A DNA stretch of 64,000 nt from Squalus acanthias (Eukaryota), in the NCBI GenBank assembly GCA_030390025.1, contig CM059432.1, forward strand, positions 23,996,001 through 24,060,000, in the 5' to 3' direction. The position numbers were made by a program, and so were the translations under genes. Under the pieces are notes generated by a model. The model worked only from the letters and a program-made list of their open reading frames with translations. It was not told where the DNA came from and did not search any database. Below are positions 61,117-64,000 of this stretch, piece after piece. Positions within the stretch are counted from its first letter, which is position 1. Every line of letters begins with the position of its first letter.

Positions 61117-61375
61117 CTGAGTGAGCAGACCTGCGGGAGGAACGGAGTCGCAGTCCGGGGATAAAGGCAGCGCAGAGCAGAGACCTGGGAGTCTGATAGA
61201 GCGGAGTACCTGTGGGAGAAACGGAGTCGCAGTCCGGGGATAAAGGCAGCGCAGAGCAGAGACCTGGGAGTCTGAGTGAGCGGACTACCTGCGGGAGGAA
61301 CGGAGTCGCAGACCGGGGATAAAGGCAGCGCAGAGCAGAGGCCTGGGTGTCTGAGTGAGCAGACTACCTGCGAGG
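61117..61375. repeat. 79-bp tandem monomers (~3) in a CR1 5' UTR
   Basis: cggagtcgcag recurs at 61143, 61222 and 61301. Confidence 0.9.
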
Positions 61376-61627
61376 GAGATAGTCGGCAAGCGACACAATG
61401 AAGGAGTGACGTCAGAATTCAAAGGTGTCGCTGGCACAAGGGAGCTGAGAGGTGAGTATAGGGTGAGTATTTGTGGTAAGTATTTTTGTTCTGTTTTCAG
61501 TATATTTCTGCTAAGCAGTTCATAGCCTATCTAATAGAGGGAGGTGCTGATTGGTGGGTAGCTGTTGAGTGTTTCTTGTTAAGCTTATTTCTGTTAAATT
61601 ACCTCCATAGTCTGGTAAATAGAGGCA

Positions 61628-62559
61628 TGGCAGGGCAGCTCAGTTCCGTGATTTGCACATCCTGTGCCATGTGGCATACCCTGGACGCTTCTTGCGGCCT
61701 GGACAACCACGTGTGCAGGAAGTGTTGCCAACTGCAGCAACTCGAGCTCCAGGTTTCGGAGCTTGAGCGGCAGCTGGAGTCACTACAGTGCATCCGCGAG
61801 GCTGAGAAATACTTGTAAAGCACGTTTCTAGAAGTGTTCACCCCGCAGCCTCAGAATGTGCAGGCAGAGGGGGAATGGGTGACCACCAGACAGAGAAGGA
61901 GGACCAGGCAGGTAGGGCAGGAATCCCCAGAGTGCTTCTCGCTCGCTAACTGGTTCACAGTTCTGGAAACTGGTGGGGGTGATGGTTCCTTTGGGGAGAG
62001 CAGCCAGAGCCAAGGCCATGGCACCACAGGGGGGAGGAAGAAGAGTGGAAGAGCAATAGTGATAGGGGATTCATTGGTTAGGGGAACAGATAGTCGTTTC
62101 TGTGGACGCAGACGTGACTCCAGGATAGTATGTTGCCTCCCTGGTGCCAGGGTCAATGATGTCACTGAGCGGCTGCAGGACACTCTGAGCGGGGAGGGGG
62201 AGCAGCCAGAGGTCGTTGTCCATATCGGTACCAATGACATAGGCAGAAAGAGGGATGAGGTCCTGCAGGCAGACTATAGGGAGCTAGGAAAGAGATTAAA
62301 AAGCAGGACCTCAAAGGGAGTAATCTCCGGATTACTCCCGGTGCCACGTGCTAGTGCTTACAGGAATAGGAGGATAGAACAGATGAATGTGTGGCTGGAG
62401 AGATGGTGCAGGAGGGAGGGTTTTAGATTCCTGAGGCATTGGGACCATTTCTGGGGAAGGTGGGAGCTGTACAAGCCGGACGGGTTACACCTCAATAGAG
62501 CCGGGACCAATATTCTCGCGGGGAGGTTTGCTAGTGCTGTTGGGGAGGGTTTAAACTAG
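61628..62559 (+). pseudogene. CR1 ORF1 esterase with premature stop at 61816-61818
   Basis: MAGQLSSVICTSCAMW...IGDS...HIGTND...DGLHL. Confidence 0.9.
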
Positions 62560-62722
62560 CTTGGCAGGGGGATGAGCACCAGCATGTAGGAGTGGAGGGG
62601 AGGAATGGGGTGCATGGAAGAGTGCGTGTGTTGGATGGCACTGGAGGGCAAGGTAGTGCTGGTGGCGGAAGTAGTAGCAAATTAGATAGGTGCAGACTAA
62701 GAAAGACTGCGAAAAATTCAAA

Positions 62723-64000
62723 AATGAGTTTAGAATGCATGTACGTAAACGCACAAAGTGTGGCGAATAAGGTTGGTGAGCTACAAGCACAATTAGCCGT
62801 GTGGCAATATGATGTTGCGGCAATAACGGAAACGTGGCTTAAAAACGGTGAGGACTGGGCACTTAATATTCAAGGGTACAAGGTGTTCAGAAAAGATAGG
62901 GAAGGGAAAAAGGGAGGTGGAGTGGCAGTGCTGATTAAGGAAGACATTGTAGTGTTGGAAAGGGAGGATGTTCTTGAGGGGACAAGGACAGAATCCATTT
63001 GGTTAGAATTGTGGAGCAAAAAGGGTTTGATTACGCTATTGGGGGTATTCTACAGGCCTCCAAATAGTGAGAGGGAGGTAAAGGAGCAAATCTTCAGGGA
63101 AATCGCAGAGACATGCAGGAGCTATAGAGTGGTAATATTGGGGGACTTTAATTACCCAAATATCGATTGGGATAATGCTAGGGTAAAGGGAAAGGAGGAG
63201 GAGGAATTTCTGAAATGTGTTCAGGAGAATTTCCTTGACCGCTATGTTCTTGGTCCAACTAGGAAGGAGGCATTGCTGGATCTGGTGCCGGGGAATGAGG
63301 TGGGCCAGGTTGACCAAGTGTCTGTGGGAGAACACTTGGGTACGATTGATCATCGTATCATAAGGTTTAGATTAGCAATAGAGAGGAGCAAGGAACAATC
63401 TAGAGTGGAACTTCTAAACTGGAATAGGGCTAACTTCAATGGGATGCGAAAGGATCTAGCCAGGGTAAAATGGAACCAAAGACTGACAGGAAAAACTGTA
63501 ATGGAACAATCTTTAAGGAGGAGATGTTCCAAGTACAGGCTAGGTACAGTCCAACAAGAGAGAACCAAAGCAAAGGCTCCTTGGATGACGAGGGAGATAG
63601 AGAAGATGAAGAAACAAAAAAAGTTGGTGTATGATGAATGTCAAGTGAATTCTTTAAGGAAGAACCAGACCAAATACAATAAGTTGAGAGGGGAAATGAA
63701 GATGAAAATAAGACTGGCAAAGAGAGAATATGAGCGTAGAATGGCGGTTAACGTAAAAGGGAAACCAAAAATCTCTACCGGCATGTAAACAGTAAGCGGG
63801 TAGTAAGAGGCGGGGTAGGGCCGATTAGAGACAAAGAAGGTGATATTTGTGTAGAGGAGCAGGGCAAGGCTAGAATACTCAATGAGTACTTTGTATCAGT
63901 GTTTACTAAGTGTATGCTGACAAAATATCGATAGAAGTGGAAAAGGTAGAAGCAATGGAAGGGATGAAAATTGATAGACATGATGTACTAGAAAGGCTGG
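62723..64000 (+). pseudogene. CR1 ORF2 endonuclease region, frameshifted
   Basis: YVNAQSV, ITETW, YRPP and GDFN motifs; frame breaks downstream. Confidence 0.9.

Larger units (their letters stand above)
61117..64000 (+). mobile_element. CR1 LINE 5' half (continues beyond the window)
   Basis: Tandem 5' UTR, ORF1 and ORF2 endonuclease. Confidence 0.95.

Overview
Vertebrate genomic DNA that is almost entirely transposon-derived. The repeat repertoire (CR1/HER1-type LINEs, HE1-like V-SINEs, Deu-type SINEs, RTE, L2, Penelope-derived palindromes, Harbinger transposons and MITEs) points to a cartilaginous fish, probably a shark. No host protein-coding exon could be recognised. The main feature is a minus-strand LTR provirus at 41440-55709. 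It has near-identical 1.6-kb TG...CA LTRs, an ACCT target-site duplication, a tRNA-Arg(TCG) primer-binding site and an intact CCHC gag with a PSAPPSY late domain. It has no pol; an unknown coiled-coil ORF sits in its place. Its env (two frameshifts, one premature stop) reconstructs as signal peptide + immunoglobulin-like domain + F-type (paramyxo/pneumo/baculovirus-F-like) fusion protein. A solo LTR of a sister family lies about 0.46 kb away. The provirus is the middle layer of a five-level nested insertion (SINE < MITE < provirus < full-length CR1 < HE1 SINE). All family assignments are by-eye motif recognition, not database searches.
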